Assembly (NCBI GenBank): GCA_020353235.1
Contig: CP070693.1
Location: 644,343-708,342, forward strand
Direction of reading: 5' to 3'
Source of the DNA: Dehalococcoidia bacterium
GTDB lineage: Bacteria; Chloroflexota; Dehalococcoidia; Dehalococcoidales; JAUYDJ01
DNA length: 64,000 nt
The translations under genes were made by a program, and so were the position numbers. Below are positions 26,881 through 35,318 of the stretch, in pieces. Each line of letters opens with the position of its first letter. Position 1 is the first letter of the stretch. Below the pieces are notes generated by a model. It worked only from the letters and a program-made list of their open reading frames with translations. It did not search any database and was not told where the DNA came from.

Positions 26881-26933
26881 TTGACAAACGTAAATTCTTG
26901 TGGTAGAAAGTGGTAAATTGTGGAGACCTGTGG
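26881..26933 (+). promoter_or_regulatory. mraZ promoter with four GTGG direct repeats at a 10-nt period (putative MraZ operator)
   Basis: TTGACA(26881-26886), 17-nt spacer, TAGAAA(26904-26909). GTGG occurs at 26900, 26910, 26920 and 26930: GTGGTAGAAA GTGGTAAATT GTGGAGACCT GTGGAATCCA. Confidence 0.6.
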
Positions 26934-26949
26934 AATCCAGGGGTGCCAT

Positions 26950-27375
26950 ATGTTTTTTGGCGAATTCGACTATAAGGTTGATGAAAAGGGCCGGGTGCCC
27001 ATCCCGCCCAAGTTCAGAAGCGAGCTGCTTGACGGGGTTGTCCTGACTGCCGGTATCGAGAAGTGCATCCTTGCCTACCCGTTGGCGGAATGGACCAAAC
27101 TGGCCGACAGCCTGACCACCGGTCCCATTACCCGCAGTAAATTGAGGAGACTAAATCGGGCTATCTTCGCCGCCGCCTTCAGTCTCAATATTGACGGACA
27201 GGGCCGGCTAGCCCTGCCTCCTCAACTGAGAGAATATGCTGAGATAAAGGATGAAGCAGTTGTAGCCGGAGTCAACAAGTATTTTGAACTGTGGAACAAG
27301 CCGAGGTGGGCCGAAGAGAAGACAATGAGTCGAGAGCAAGCCTGGCAGATTATGGAAAGCCTAGAGGAGCTCTAA
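26950..27375 (+). CDS. mraZ: Division/cell-wall cluster transcriptional regulator MraZ
   Basis: MFFGEFDYKVDEKGRVPIPPKFR... with a second SpoVT-AbrB repeat (DGQGRLALPPQLREYA). The track start GTG 26920 lies inside the operator repeats. Confidence 0.95.
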   Translation: MFFGEFDYKVDEKGRVPIPPKFRSELLDGVVLTAGIEKCILAYPLAEWTKLADSLTTGPITRSKLRRLNRAIFAAAFSLNIDGQGRLALPPQLREYAEIKDEAVVAGVNKYFELWNKPRWAEEKTMSREQAWQIMESLEEL

Positions 27376-28473
27376 ATGAAAAGCACACCTACCCACATCC
27401 CGGTTCTACTGGAAGAGACAATCAAGGCATTAGCCGTCCAGCCTGGAGGGCGCTATATTGATGGCACTCTTGGGGGCGGGGGGCATGCCTCGGCTATACT
27501 CGAGCACAGCTCACCTGGCGGACAGCTACTCGGTATCGACGCTGATGCCGAGGCAATAAAAGCCGCCAGGGCAAGGCTAGAAGCCTACAGCGGTTCAATC
27601 CTCCTGGTTAATGAAAACTTCGTTGATTTACAAACCATCTGCCTCAAGTATGACTTCTTCCCGGTACATGGCATCCTACTCGACCTAGGACTCTCCTCCC
27701 TGCAGCTCAACGGCAACAATCGCGGTTTCAGTTTCCAGCACGATGCTCCTCTCGACATGCGCCTTAGCCCACGCCAAGAGGTTACCGCCGCACAGCTCAT
27801 TAACGACTACCCCGAGAGAGAGCTGGCTCGCCTTATCCGGACTCTGGGTGAGGAAAGTTACAGCCGTCGCATCGCCCACCGCATTGTCCAGGAACGCCCG
27901 ATAAAGACCACCCTTCACCTAGCCAAGACAATCGAGCGGGCCATTGGACGCCGCGGCGGGCGAATCCACCCCGCCACCAAGACCTTCCAGGCACTACGAA
28001 TTGCGGTCAATAACGAACTGGCAAACCTAGAAGCCACCCTGAAACAGGCAGTCAAGCTGCTTGGCTTTGAGGGCAGGCTGGTGGTCATCAGCTATCACTC
28101 TCTGGAAGACCGCATCGTCAAAAAGTTTATGCACCAGGAGGCCAAGGGCTGCATCTGCCCACCGGGAACACCAGTCTGTGTTTGCGGCCACACTCCCAGC
28201 CTGAGGTTGGTCAATAAGAAAGTCATTACCCCCAGTGCGGCTGAGGTTCAACTTAATCCGCGCAGCCACAGTGCCAAACTGAGAGCCGCGGAGCGGATTA
28301 TCAGTCAGGAAGAGCGTGCTGAAGCCACCGAAAACCTGTTCTCCCTGCTTAAGCGGCAGGATGGCAACTGGAAGAAGCCGGTTCAGCTCAACAAGCTCCG
28401 CATGACCTTTGCTATACCCAGCCTCAGTCAGTGCTTGGAAAGAGTGAAAGAAGGAGAAGTACTCAGAATATAA
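27376..28473 (+). CDS. rsmH: 16S rRNA (cytosine1402-N4)-methyltransferase RsmH, with a ~50-aa C-terminal extension
   Basis: HIPVLLEE...[10 protein letters not shown]...DLGLSSLQL...RGFSF...[11 protein letters not shown] are RsmH motifs. The residues after ...[10 protein letters not shown] have no recognisable match. Confidence 0.95.
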   Translation: MKSTPTHIPVLLEETIKALAVQPGGRYIDGTLGGGGHASAILEHSSPGGQLLGIDADAEAIKAARARLEAYSGSILLVNENFVDLQTICLKYDFFPVHGILLDLGLSSLQLNGNNRGFSFQHDAPLDMRLSPRQEVTAAQLINDYPERELARLIRTLGEESYSRRIAHRIVQERPIKTTLHLAKTIERAIGRRGGRIHPATKTFQALRIAVNNELANLEATLKQAVKLLGFEGRLVVISYHSLEDRIVKKFMHQEAKGCICPPGTPVCVCGHTPSLRLVNKKVITPSAAEVQLNPRSHSAKLRAAERIISQEERAEATENLFSLLKRQDGNWKKPVQLNKLRMTFAIPSLSQCLERVKEGEVLRI

Positions 28474-28589
28474 ATTTGGTGGGCAGGATTAAGGCGCTCT
28501 TATCCACCGGCTAAATAGCTTACCAAAAGGGGGGTCACCAATGTGAAACGTAAAAAATTACAGATACAAAATGTAGAAAGGAGGGGCAA

Positions 28590-29804
28590 ATGAAAAAGCG
28601 GACAATAACCGCCATTGATGTTGGCACCACTAAAGTATGCACCACCATCGCTGAAGTAAATGACGAGGGCCCAATTCGGGTGGCCGGTGTGGGGATAACC
28701 CCATCCAAGGGGTTGCATAAAGGATTGGTAGTCAACATCACCGAAGCCAGAGAGTCAATCCGCGAGTCAGTGAAAAAAGCCGAGTACGCCAGCGGCTACC
28801 GGGTAGAATCAGCCTTTGTCGGTGTCACCGGGAGACACGTCACCTCACTAAATAATCGGGGGGTGGTAGCCATCACTCACAATGACCGGTTGGTGCGCCC
28901 ACCCGACTTGAGGCGAGTGCTCACCAGTGCCCAAAGCCTTAAGGTTGCCAATGACCGAAAGCTACTCCATGTTATCCCCCGAAGTTACTCGGTGGACGGT
29001 CAACCCGGCGTCAAGAACCCGGTAGGTATGCACGGCTTCAGACTGGATGTCGAGACCCATGTCATTACCGCCGCAGTAACCTCAGTGCAAAATCTGGTCA
29101 AGTGCATCCGGGGCGTCGGCGTCGATATCGACGACCTCGTCCTTGAGCCCCTGGCTAGCAGTGAGGCGGTACTAACCGAGGATGAGAAGAATGTCGGCAT
29201 CGTACTGGCTGACATCGGCGGTGGCACCACCGATATTGCTGTTTTCAAAGACGGTAGCATCTGGCATACGGCCATTCTACCGGTTGCTGGCTACCAGCTT
29301 ACCCGAGACGTAGCCATCGGTCTGGGACTGCCCTTTGACGTAGCGGAAGAAATGAAGAAGCGGTATGGCAGCGTTATGCCGATCTACGAAAGCCAGTCAG
29401 AAATGGCTACGGCAATATCTGAAGACGGGCACGGTATCTCCTACCAAGACCTGTGTGACATTATCCGGGCCAGAGTGGAGGAAATCATAAGGCTTATTGT
29501 CCTTGAGTTACCCCGCTCTGATTATGAAGCCCTGGTCCCAGCTGGCTTGGTACTCACTGGCGGAAGTTCTAATCTCTCCGGCATCGATGCCCTAGGGCGC
29601 GATATACTACAACTCCCGGTAAGGGTAGGCACGCCAACTAATGTGGCCGGCATTACCGATGCTATTCGCGACCCGGCCTACGCTACCAGTGTTGGCCTCC
29701 TGCTCTGGGGAACCAGCCATAAAAGCACACCGACCTGGCGACTCCCCAAGTTCAGCGGTGCCCTACGGCATTTAGTTTTCCGAATCAAGAACCTGTTTCA
29801 CTAA
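28590..29804 (+). CDS. ftsA: Cell division protein FtsA
   Basis: AIDVGTTKVCTTIAE, LADIGGGTTDIAVF and LTGGSSNLSGI are actin-fold motifs. There is a C-terminal amphipathic helix (LRHLVFRIKNLF) and an AAGGAGGGG SD. Confidence 0.95.
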   Translation: MKKRTITAIDVGTTKVCTTIAEVNDEGPIRVAGVGITPSKGLHKGLVVNITEARESIRESVKKAEYASGYRVESAFVGVTGRHVTSLNNRGVVAITHNDRLVRPPDLRRVLTSAQSLKVANDRKLLHVIPRSYSVDGQPGVKNPVGMHGFRLDVETHVITAAVTSVQNLVKCIRGVGVDIDDLVLEPLASSEAVLTEDEKNVGIVLADIGGGTTDIAVFKDGSIWHTAILPVAGYQLTRDVAIGLGLPFDVAEEMKKRYGSVMPIYESQSEMATAISEDGHGISYQDLCDIIRARVEEIIRLIVLELPRSDYEALVPAGLVLTGGSSNLSGIDALGRDILQLPVRVGTPTNVAGITDAIRDPAYATSVGLLLWGTSHKSTPTWRLPKFSGALRHLVFRIKNLFH

Positions 29805-29842
29805 TCAAAATAACTAGAAGGCAGTAAAGAAAGGAGGAGGAG

Positions 29843-30973
29843 ATGGCAAAGACAAGTTTCGCACCTAATCCAGCCAGGATTAAAGTCATCGGCCTAGGCG
29901 GCGGCGGCTGCAACGCTATCACTCGCATGGTCAGAGAAGGAATTCAAGGCGTAGAATTCATCGCCATGAATACTGATGCTCAAGCCCTGTCGGTTACTGA
30001 AGCACCAACCCGTATCCAGATCGGGGAGAAGCTTACGCGGGGGCTAGGTGTGGGTGGTGACCACGTCCAGGGGCAGAAGGCAGCCGAAGAAAACCGCGAT
30101 GAGCTCAAAGACCTGGTCACCGGGGCAGACATGGTGTTTATCACCGGCGGCATGGGTGGTGGTACTGGTACCGGCGCCGCTCCGGTAATCGCTGAGATTG
30201 CCAAGCACAGCGGTGCCCTGACCATTGCCGTGGTCACCAGACCGTTCACCTTTGAGGGTAATCACCGCTGCGAAGTGGCTGAGGATGGTATCGCCAACCT
30301 GATGGGCAAGGTTGATACCCTCATTATTATCCCTAATGACAAACTGCTCAACATCTGTGACCAGAAGACCGGAGTGGACAACGCCTTCAAATTAGCCGAT
30401 GACGTACTGAGACACGGTGTTCAGGCCATTGCCGAAGTCATCACTGTCCCCGGCATGATAAACCTGGACTTTGCCGACGTTAAGTCAGTAATGAAAGACG
30501 CCGGTCCCGCCTGGATGTCCATTGGCACCGGCACCGGGCAGAACCGAGCCGTTGAGGCAGCCAAGGAAGCCCTGTCCAGCCCGTTGCTTGATGTCTCGGT
30601 CAACGGCTCAAAGGGAGTGCTGTTCAATGTCGTTGGCGGCACCACCCTATCCCTTATGGAGGTTAACGAAGCAGCTGAAGTAATCAGGCAAGCCGTAGAC
30701 CCTGAGGCTAACATCATCTTTGGCGTGGCTAATGAAGCTGAACTGGATAAGGAGATCAGAATTACCCTGATTGCCACCGGTTTTATCTCCAAGTCAGGAA
30801 TGCCTGGAATGACCCAGGAAGACGAACTGGCTCAATTCCTGAAGGGCATGAAGAGTGAAGATGAACTCGATGTTCCCTCGTTCCTGCGCCGCCCTCTGTT
30901 TAGCCAGCGCCGTCAGGCAATGACACAATCGATGAAGGCGGTTAGACCGACGATAAATACTCCAGCTCAGTAA
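29843..30973 (+). CDS. ftsZ: Cell division GTPase FtsZ
   Basis: IKVIGLGGGGCNAI and GGMGGGTGTGAAPVIAEIAK (tubulin signature), plus the C-terminal conserved peptide DVPSFLRR. Confidence 0.98.
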   Translation: MAKTSFAPNPARIKVIGLGGGGCNAITRMVREGIQGVEFIAMNTDAQALSVTEAPTRIQIGEKLTRGLGVGGDHVQGQKAAEENRDELKDLVTGADMVFITGGMGGGTGTGAAPVIAEIAKHSGALTIAVVTRPFTFEGNHRCEVAEDGIANLMGKVDTLIIIPNDKLLNICDQKTGVDNAFKLADDVLRHGVQAIAEVITVPGMINLDFADVKSVMKDAGPAWMSIGTGTGQNRAVEAAKEALSSPLLDVSVNGSKGVLFNVVGGTTLSLMEVNEAAEVIRQAVDPEANIIFGVANEAELDKEIRITLIATGFISKSGMPGMTQEDELAQFLKGMKSEDELDVPSFLRRPLFSQRRQAMTQSMKAVRPTINTPAQ

Positions 30974-31011
30974 AATTCCCGGGAGCTTAAATCAGCCTCC
31001 GGGACTTAGTA

Positions 31012-31080
31012 AAGGCTGTAGGCGCTCAGAAAAGCTAGCCTTTTCTGGGTGTAATTTCCTACAGCCTTCTTTTTTCTTTT
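31012..31080 (+). terminator. Compound rho-independent terminator after ftsZ
   Basis: The outer stem AAGGCTGTAGG(31012-22)/CCTACAGCCTT(31058-68) encloses an inner perfect hairpin CAGAAAAG-ctagc-CTTTTCTG (31027-47). It is followed by CTTTTTTCTTTT. Confidence 0.7.
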
Positions 31081-31101
31081 CCACGCGGTAGGCCCGCCTC
31101 G

Positions 31102-31130
31102 TTGCCTTGTTATGCCCGATATGATATAGT
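31102..31130 (+). promoter_or_regulatory. Candidate promoter for argJ; spacing implies a leaderless or near-leaderless mRNA
   Basis: TTGCCT(31102-07), 17-nt spacer, TATAGT(31125-30). ATG 31139 lies 8 nt after the -10 and there is no SD. Confidence 0.45.
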
Positions 31131-31138
31131 TTCGGTAA

Positions 31139-32356
31139 ATGGAAGCCAGAATTGAGCCCATCCCCGCCGGGACGGTTACCTCCCCCCACGGTTTCCGGGC
31201 TGGTGCTACCTACGCCGGTATCAAGAAAAGAGCTGAAGATACACTCGACCTTGGTATTCTCTGTTCTGAAGCCCCGTGCAGCGCGGCGGCATTATTTACG
31301 GCTACTAAGATAAAGGCGGCACCGGTAATCCTGTCCCAGAAAAGGCTACGCTCCGGGAAAGCCACGGCGGTAGTGGTAAATAGCGGCTGTGCCAACGCCA
31401 GCACCGGCCAACCGGGACTTGATGATGCCACCGAGATGACAGCGCTGGTGGCTAAAATGGTGGATACCCCCGCCAACCGGGTCCTGGTAGCCAGCACCGG
31501 CGTCATCGGGCACTATTTGCCCATGGAGCGAGTCAGGGCCAGCCTGAAACAGATTGCCCTCAACACCGATGGGGGGCACAATCTGGCCAGAGCCATTATG
31601 ACCACCGATACCATGGCTAAAGAGATTGCGGTTGCCGTCAGCGTGGGGGCGGATAGCTTTACTATCGGTGGTGTGGCCAAAGGTTCCGGGATGATTCACC
31701 CCAACCTGGCCACCCTGCTCTGCTTCCTGACCACCGATGCCGCGGTAGATAGCCACTTTCTCAAGCTGGCTCTAAAAAAGGCGGTGGATATCTCTTTTAA
31801 TATGATTTCGATTGACGGGGATACCAGCCCCAATGATATGGTGCTAATCATGGCTAACGGGATGGCGGGTAACAAGCCGATAACGGCGGATAGCAAAGAG
31901 GCTTTTATCTTTCAACAGGCGCTTGACCAGGTCTGCACCAAACTGGCTAAAGCCACCGCCCGTGACGGGGAAGGGGCCACCAAGCTTATTGCGGTTACCG
32001 TGGGCGGGGCAGCTACCACCAGCCAGGCGAGGCAGGCAGCACGGACTATCGTCAGTTCACCGCTGGTGAAGGCCGCCATCCACGGCAACGACCCCAACTG
32101 GGGGCGGATTATCGCCGCCGCCGGGCGGAGCGGGGTGAAGCTGGTGGAAACCAAGCTTGAGCTTTATCTGGGCAATGTCTGCGTGATTAAAGCCGGCTGT
32201 CCCCTGCCCTTTCAGCAGGCAGAGGCGGTCAAAATTCTGGACAGCGATGAGGTGCCCATAAATTTACAGCTCAACCTGGGGGCAGCCACGGCTACCGCCT
32301 GGGGTTGCGACCTGTCCCAGGAATATGTCACCATTAATAGTCAATACAGCACCTGA
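31139..32356 (+). CDS. argJ: Bifunctional ornithine acetyltransferase / N-acetylglutamate synthase ArgJ
   Basis: GTVTSPHGFRAGATYAGIKK N-terminus and the autoprocessing site ...ATLLCFLTTDA (self-cleaving Thr), typical of ArgJ. Confidence 0.95.
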   Translation: MEARIEPIPAGTVTSPHGFRAGATYAGIKKRAEDTLDLGILCSEAPCSAAALFTATKIKAAPVILSQKRLRSGKATAVVVNSGCANASTGQPGLDDATEMTALVAKMVDTPANRVLVASTGVIGHYLPMERVRASLKQIALNTDGGHNLARAIMTTDTMAKEIAVAVSVGADSFTIGGVAKGSGMIHPNLATLLCFLTTDAAVDSHFLKLALKKAVDISFNMISIDGDTSPNDMVLIMANGMAGNKPITADSKEAFIFQQALDQVCTKLAKATARDGEGATKLIAVTVGGAATTSQARQAARTIVSSPLVKAAIHGNDPNWGRIIAAAGRSGVKLVETKLELYLGNVCVIKAGCPLPFQQAEAVKILDSDEVPINLQLNLGAATATAWGCDLSQEYVTINSQYST

Positions 32357-32381
32357 TGCTAGCGATAAATGGTAGTGACAA

Positions 32382-33173
32382 ATGAGTAAACAAAAAGTTA
32401 TTGTGGTCAAGATAGGCGGGGCTACCCTGGGTAAACACGACACCACCCTGGAGGACATCGTCTGCCTCCAGAAGCAGGGCAAATCACTGGTGGTGGTGCA
32501 TGGCGGCGCCAATGTAGTTACCGGCTGGCTCTCCCGACTGGGCATATCCACCCGATTTGTCCAGGGGGAGCGAGTCACCGACCGGGTAACCCTTGATGTG
32601 GTGACCGCAGTGCTGGCCGGGCTGGTGAATAAAGAGCTGGTGGCCGCCATCAACAGCCTGGGTGGTCAGGCAATCGGTATCAGCGGTGTCGATGGCACCC
32701 TGATTCAGGGCCGGATTAAGGACCAGGAGTCAGGCTACACGGGGACCGTGGTTAAAGTAAATACTGCCCCCCTGGAAGCTTTGCTGGGCAAAGGCTATAT
32801 CCCGGTGGTCTCGCCGCTGAGCCAGCACTCTTTTGACCGACCGGAAGATGCCCCCCAGATACTTAACGTTAACGGTGACCCCGTCGCCGGTGAAATTGCG
32901 GCCGCGCTTGGTGCCGAAGCGCTTATCCTGCTCACCGATGTTAGCGGTGTTAGCGACCAAGCAGGCAAGCTTTTACCCCAGCTATCGCCGGAGGCAGCCG
33001 AAGCCTTAATCACCTCCGGGGCAATATCGGGGGGTATGATTCCCAAGGTTAAAGCCTGCCTGAGGGCATTAGCCAGCGCCGAGACCACCTGCATTATCGA
33101 TGGCCGCCAGCCGCATGCCCTGCTCCAGGAAATAGAAGGGCATCACCGCGGCACCACAATAAAGAAGAAATGA
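32382..33173 (+). CDS. argB: Acetylglutamate kinase ArgB
   Basis: VVKIGGATL...VVVHGGAN...NVNGDPVAGEIAAAL... is the amino-acid kinase fold. The arg operon context agrees. Confidence 0.95.
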   Translation: MSKQKVIVVKIGGATLGKHDTTLEDIVCLQKQGKSLVVVHGGANVVTGWLSRLGISTRFVQGERVTDRVTLDVVTAVLAGLVNKELVAAINSLGGQAIGISGVDGTLIQGRIKDQESGYTGTVVKVNTAPLEALLGKGYIPVVSPLSQHSFDRPEDAPQILNVNGDPVAGEIAAALGAEALILLTDVSGVSDQAGKLLPQLSPEAAEALITSGAISGGMIPKVKACLRALASAETTCIIDGRQPHALLQEIEGHHRGTTIKKK

Positions 33174-33184
33174 GAAGGTAAAAG

Positions 33185-34366
33185 ATGACTAACTGGCCGG
33201 CAATGGCAGACAAATACCTAATGAACTTCGTGGAAAGACTACCGCTGACCCTGGTCAAGGGGCAGGGGGCAAGGGCATGGGATGAAAACGGCCGGGAGTT
33301 TCTCGATTTTGTGGGCGGCTGGGCGGTCAACAGCCTGGGGCACTGCCACCCGGCAGTTGCCCAGGCTGTTACCGAGCAGGTCAATACCCTGATTCAGGCT
33401 TCCAACCAGTTCTACACCATTCCCCAGATTCGCCTCGCCGAGCTCCTGGTGCAGCACAGCTGCTTTGATAAGGTATTCCTGGCTAACAGCGGGGCGGAGG
33501 CTAATGAAGGGGCGGTGAAGCTGGCCCGGCGCTATGGCAAGCTCCACTTAAAAGGAGCCTATGAGGTGATTACCACCACTAGCTCCTTTCACGGTCGCAC
33601 CCTGGCCATGGTCGCCGCCACCGCTCAGCCTAAATTCCAGCAGCCCTATATCCCTCTGCCAGCGGGCTTTGTCAATGTGGAGTATAATAATTTCGGGGTG
33701 ATAAAGGCAGCCACCACCAGTCATACCTGTGCCGTAATGCTGGAACCGATACAGGGGGAGGGGGGAGTTAACCTCCCCGACCCGGACTATCTGGCAGCGG
33801 TGCGGGCCTGGTGTGATGAGACCGGTATTCTGCTTATTTTTGATGAAATTCAAACCGGGCTGGGGCGAATCGGAACCCTTTTTGCCTACGAGCAATATGG
33901 TGTTGAACCTGATATAATAACCCTAGCCAAGGGGCTGGCTAGCGGCATCCCAATCGGGGCTATTCTAGCCAAAGACAGCGTCTCGGTATTTACCCCGGGG
34001 GAGCATGGCTCAACCTTCGGCGGTAACCCGGTAGCCTGTGCCGCTGGCCTGGCTACCCTGCAATTTATTATTGAGCATGATATTGCCGGTAATGCCCAGA
34101 TAGTAGGGCAGTACCTGATTAGTAGCCTAGAAGGCTTAAAACCGAAATTCCCGTTTATCACCGAGGTTCGGGGGTGTGGATTACTGGTGGCGATGGAGTT
34201 CAGCCAGGATATTGCCCAGGCAGTGGTAATGGCTTGCCTGGAGAGAGGCTTACTGATTAACCGGGTGAAGCCCAATGCCCTGCGCTTTATGCCGCCCCTT
34301 ATTATTACTAAAGCGGAGGTTGATGAAGCGCTCGGCATTCTGGCTGAAGCCCTGGCCAGTGTTTAA
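33185..34366 (+). CDS. argD: Acetylornithine aminotransferase ArgD
   Basis: Class-III PLP aminotransferase motifs: NSGAEANEGAVKLAR, FDEIQTGLGRIG and the TLAKGL PLP lysine. Confidence 0.9.
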   Translation: MTNWPAMADKYLMNFVERLPLTLVKGQGARAWDENGREFLDFVGGWAVNSLGHCHPAVAQAVTEQVNTLIQASNQFYTIPQIRLAELLVQHSCFDKVFLANSGAEANEGAVKLARRYGKLHLKGAYEVITTTSSFHGRTLAMVAATAQPKFQQPYIPLPAGFVNVEYNNFGVIKAATTSHTCAVMLEPIQGEGGVNLPDPDYLAAVRAWCDETGILLIFDEIQTGLGRIGTLFAYEQYGVEPDIITLAKGLASGIPIGAILAKDSVSVFTPGEHGSTFGGNPVACAAGLATLQFIIEHDIAGNAQIVGQYLISSLEGLKPKFPFITEVRGCGLLVAMEFSQDIAQAVVMACLERGLLINRVKPNALRFMPPLIITKAEVDEALGILAEALASV

Positions 34367-34384
34367 TCTTTAAGGGGGCAATTT

Positions 34385-35293
34385 ATGCCCAAGTTTAAAC
34401 AACGCAAGACTTTAGTAACCGTAATCGCCGTCCTCTCCCTTGTGGCGGTAGTGCTGTCAGTGTCAGCTATCCAGGTCGGGGTAGCCTCTGAAATCTGCAC
34501 CGGCGGTCTCCCCCTGCACGCCCAAGACCTCTCGGTAGTGCCGCCATCGGTAGCTGAGGACGCTAACCGGTTAGCCACCGAGCTCTTCGGTGATAACCAT
34601 GAGGAGTGTGACGCCTTTACCAACCAGCTACTGGGCACCTATCAGGGGGCTAAAGACAAGGACTTTATTCTGGTCTTTAACTCCGGTGGCTGGGGGTGGA
34701 ATCTAATCGAGGCCTCTCCCGGCTGGTTAAGCATTTTTACCGGCATTGAATATGAACTAAAGAATGCGGGCTATAAACCGCTGCTGGTAAGCTACCAGCG
34801 AACGACTGATAGCCTGCCGGGGCGCATTGATGAGCTGGCTGAAATGCTAAACGGTTACTCATCAAAGGCGAAAGATTTAGCCTGCCGGGTGGAGTTTCTC
34901 ACCACCCATCTCCCCAAGCTCAAGGTTATCATCGCCGGTGAAAGCAATGGCACAATTATCTGCGACCAGGTGATGGGCATCCTAGCCGACAACCCAAGGG
35001 TTTACAGTATCCAGAGCGGTCCCCCCTTCTGGCACGATAGTGTCATCTTAGACCGGACGCTGGTGATGACGGATAACGGTCGCACTCCGGATTCTTTCGC
35101 CGAGGGGGAAATTCTGGTTATGGTTCGGGCTAGCCTCAGGAACCTGCTCGGTCTACCAGAGCCCCCCAATGAATCAGGAGCGGTTCTGCACTTTATTAAG
35201 GCTCCGGGGCATGATTACTGGTGGCAATACCCCGAGGTCTACCGCCAGATCACTGACTTCTTAGAGCTAAACTTCGGCGTTGAGAAGTGGTGA
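34385..35293 (+). CDS. Membrane-anchored hypothetical protein with a GESNG (GxSxG-like) motif, embedded in the arg operon
   Basis: N-terminal TM anchor (TLVTVIAVLSLVAVVLSVSAI) and an IIAGESNGTIIC nucleophile-elbow-like motif. I recognised no family. Confidence 0.55.
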   Translation: MPKFKQRKTLVTVIAVLSLVAVVLSVSAIQVGVASEICTGGLPLHAQDLSVVPPSVAEDANRLATELFGDNHEECDAFTNQLLGTYQGAKDKDFILVFNSGGWGWNLIEASPGWLSIFTGIEYELKNAGYKPLLVSYQRTTDSLPGRIDELAEMLNGYSSKAKDLACRVEFLTTHLPKLKVIIAGESNGTIICDQVMGILADNPRVYSIQSGPPFWHDSVILDRTLVMTDNGRTPDSFAEGEILVMVRASLRNLLGLPEPPNESGAVLHFIKAPGHDYWWQYPEVYRQITDFLELNFGVEKW

Positions 35294-35318
35294 TAATTCA
35301 GCCAAGCGGAGGTCCAAA

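Noticed and set aside
26920-26949. GTG 26920 start for mraZ (track ORF 26920..27375)
   Set aside because: The conserved MraZ N-terminus begins at MFFGEF (ATG 26950). GTG 26920 is itself one of the phased GTGG operator boxes.
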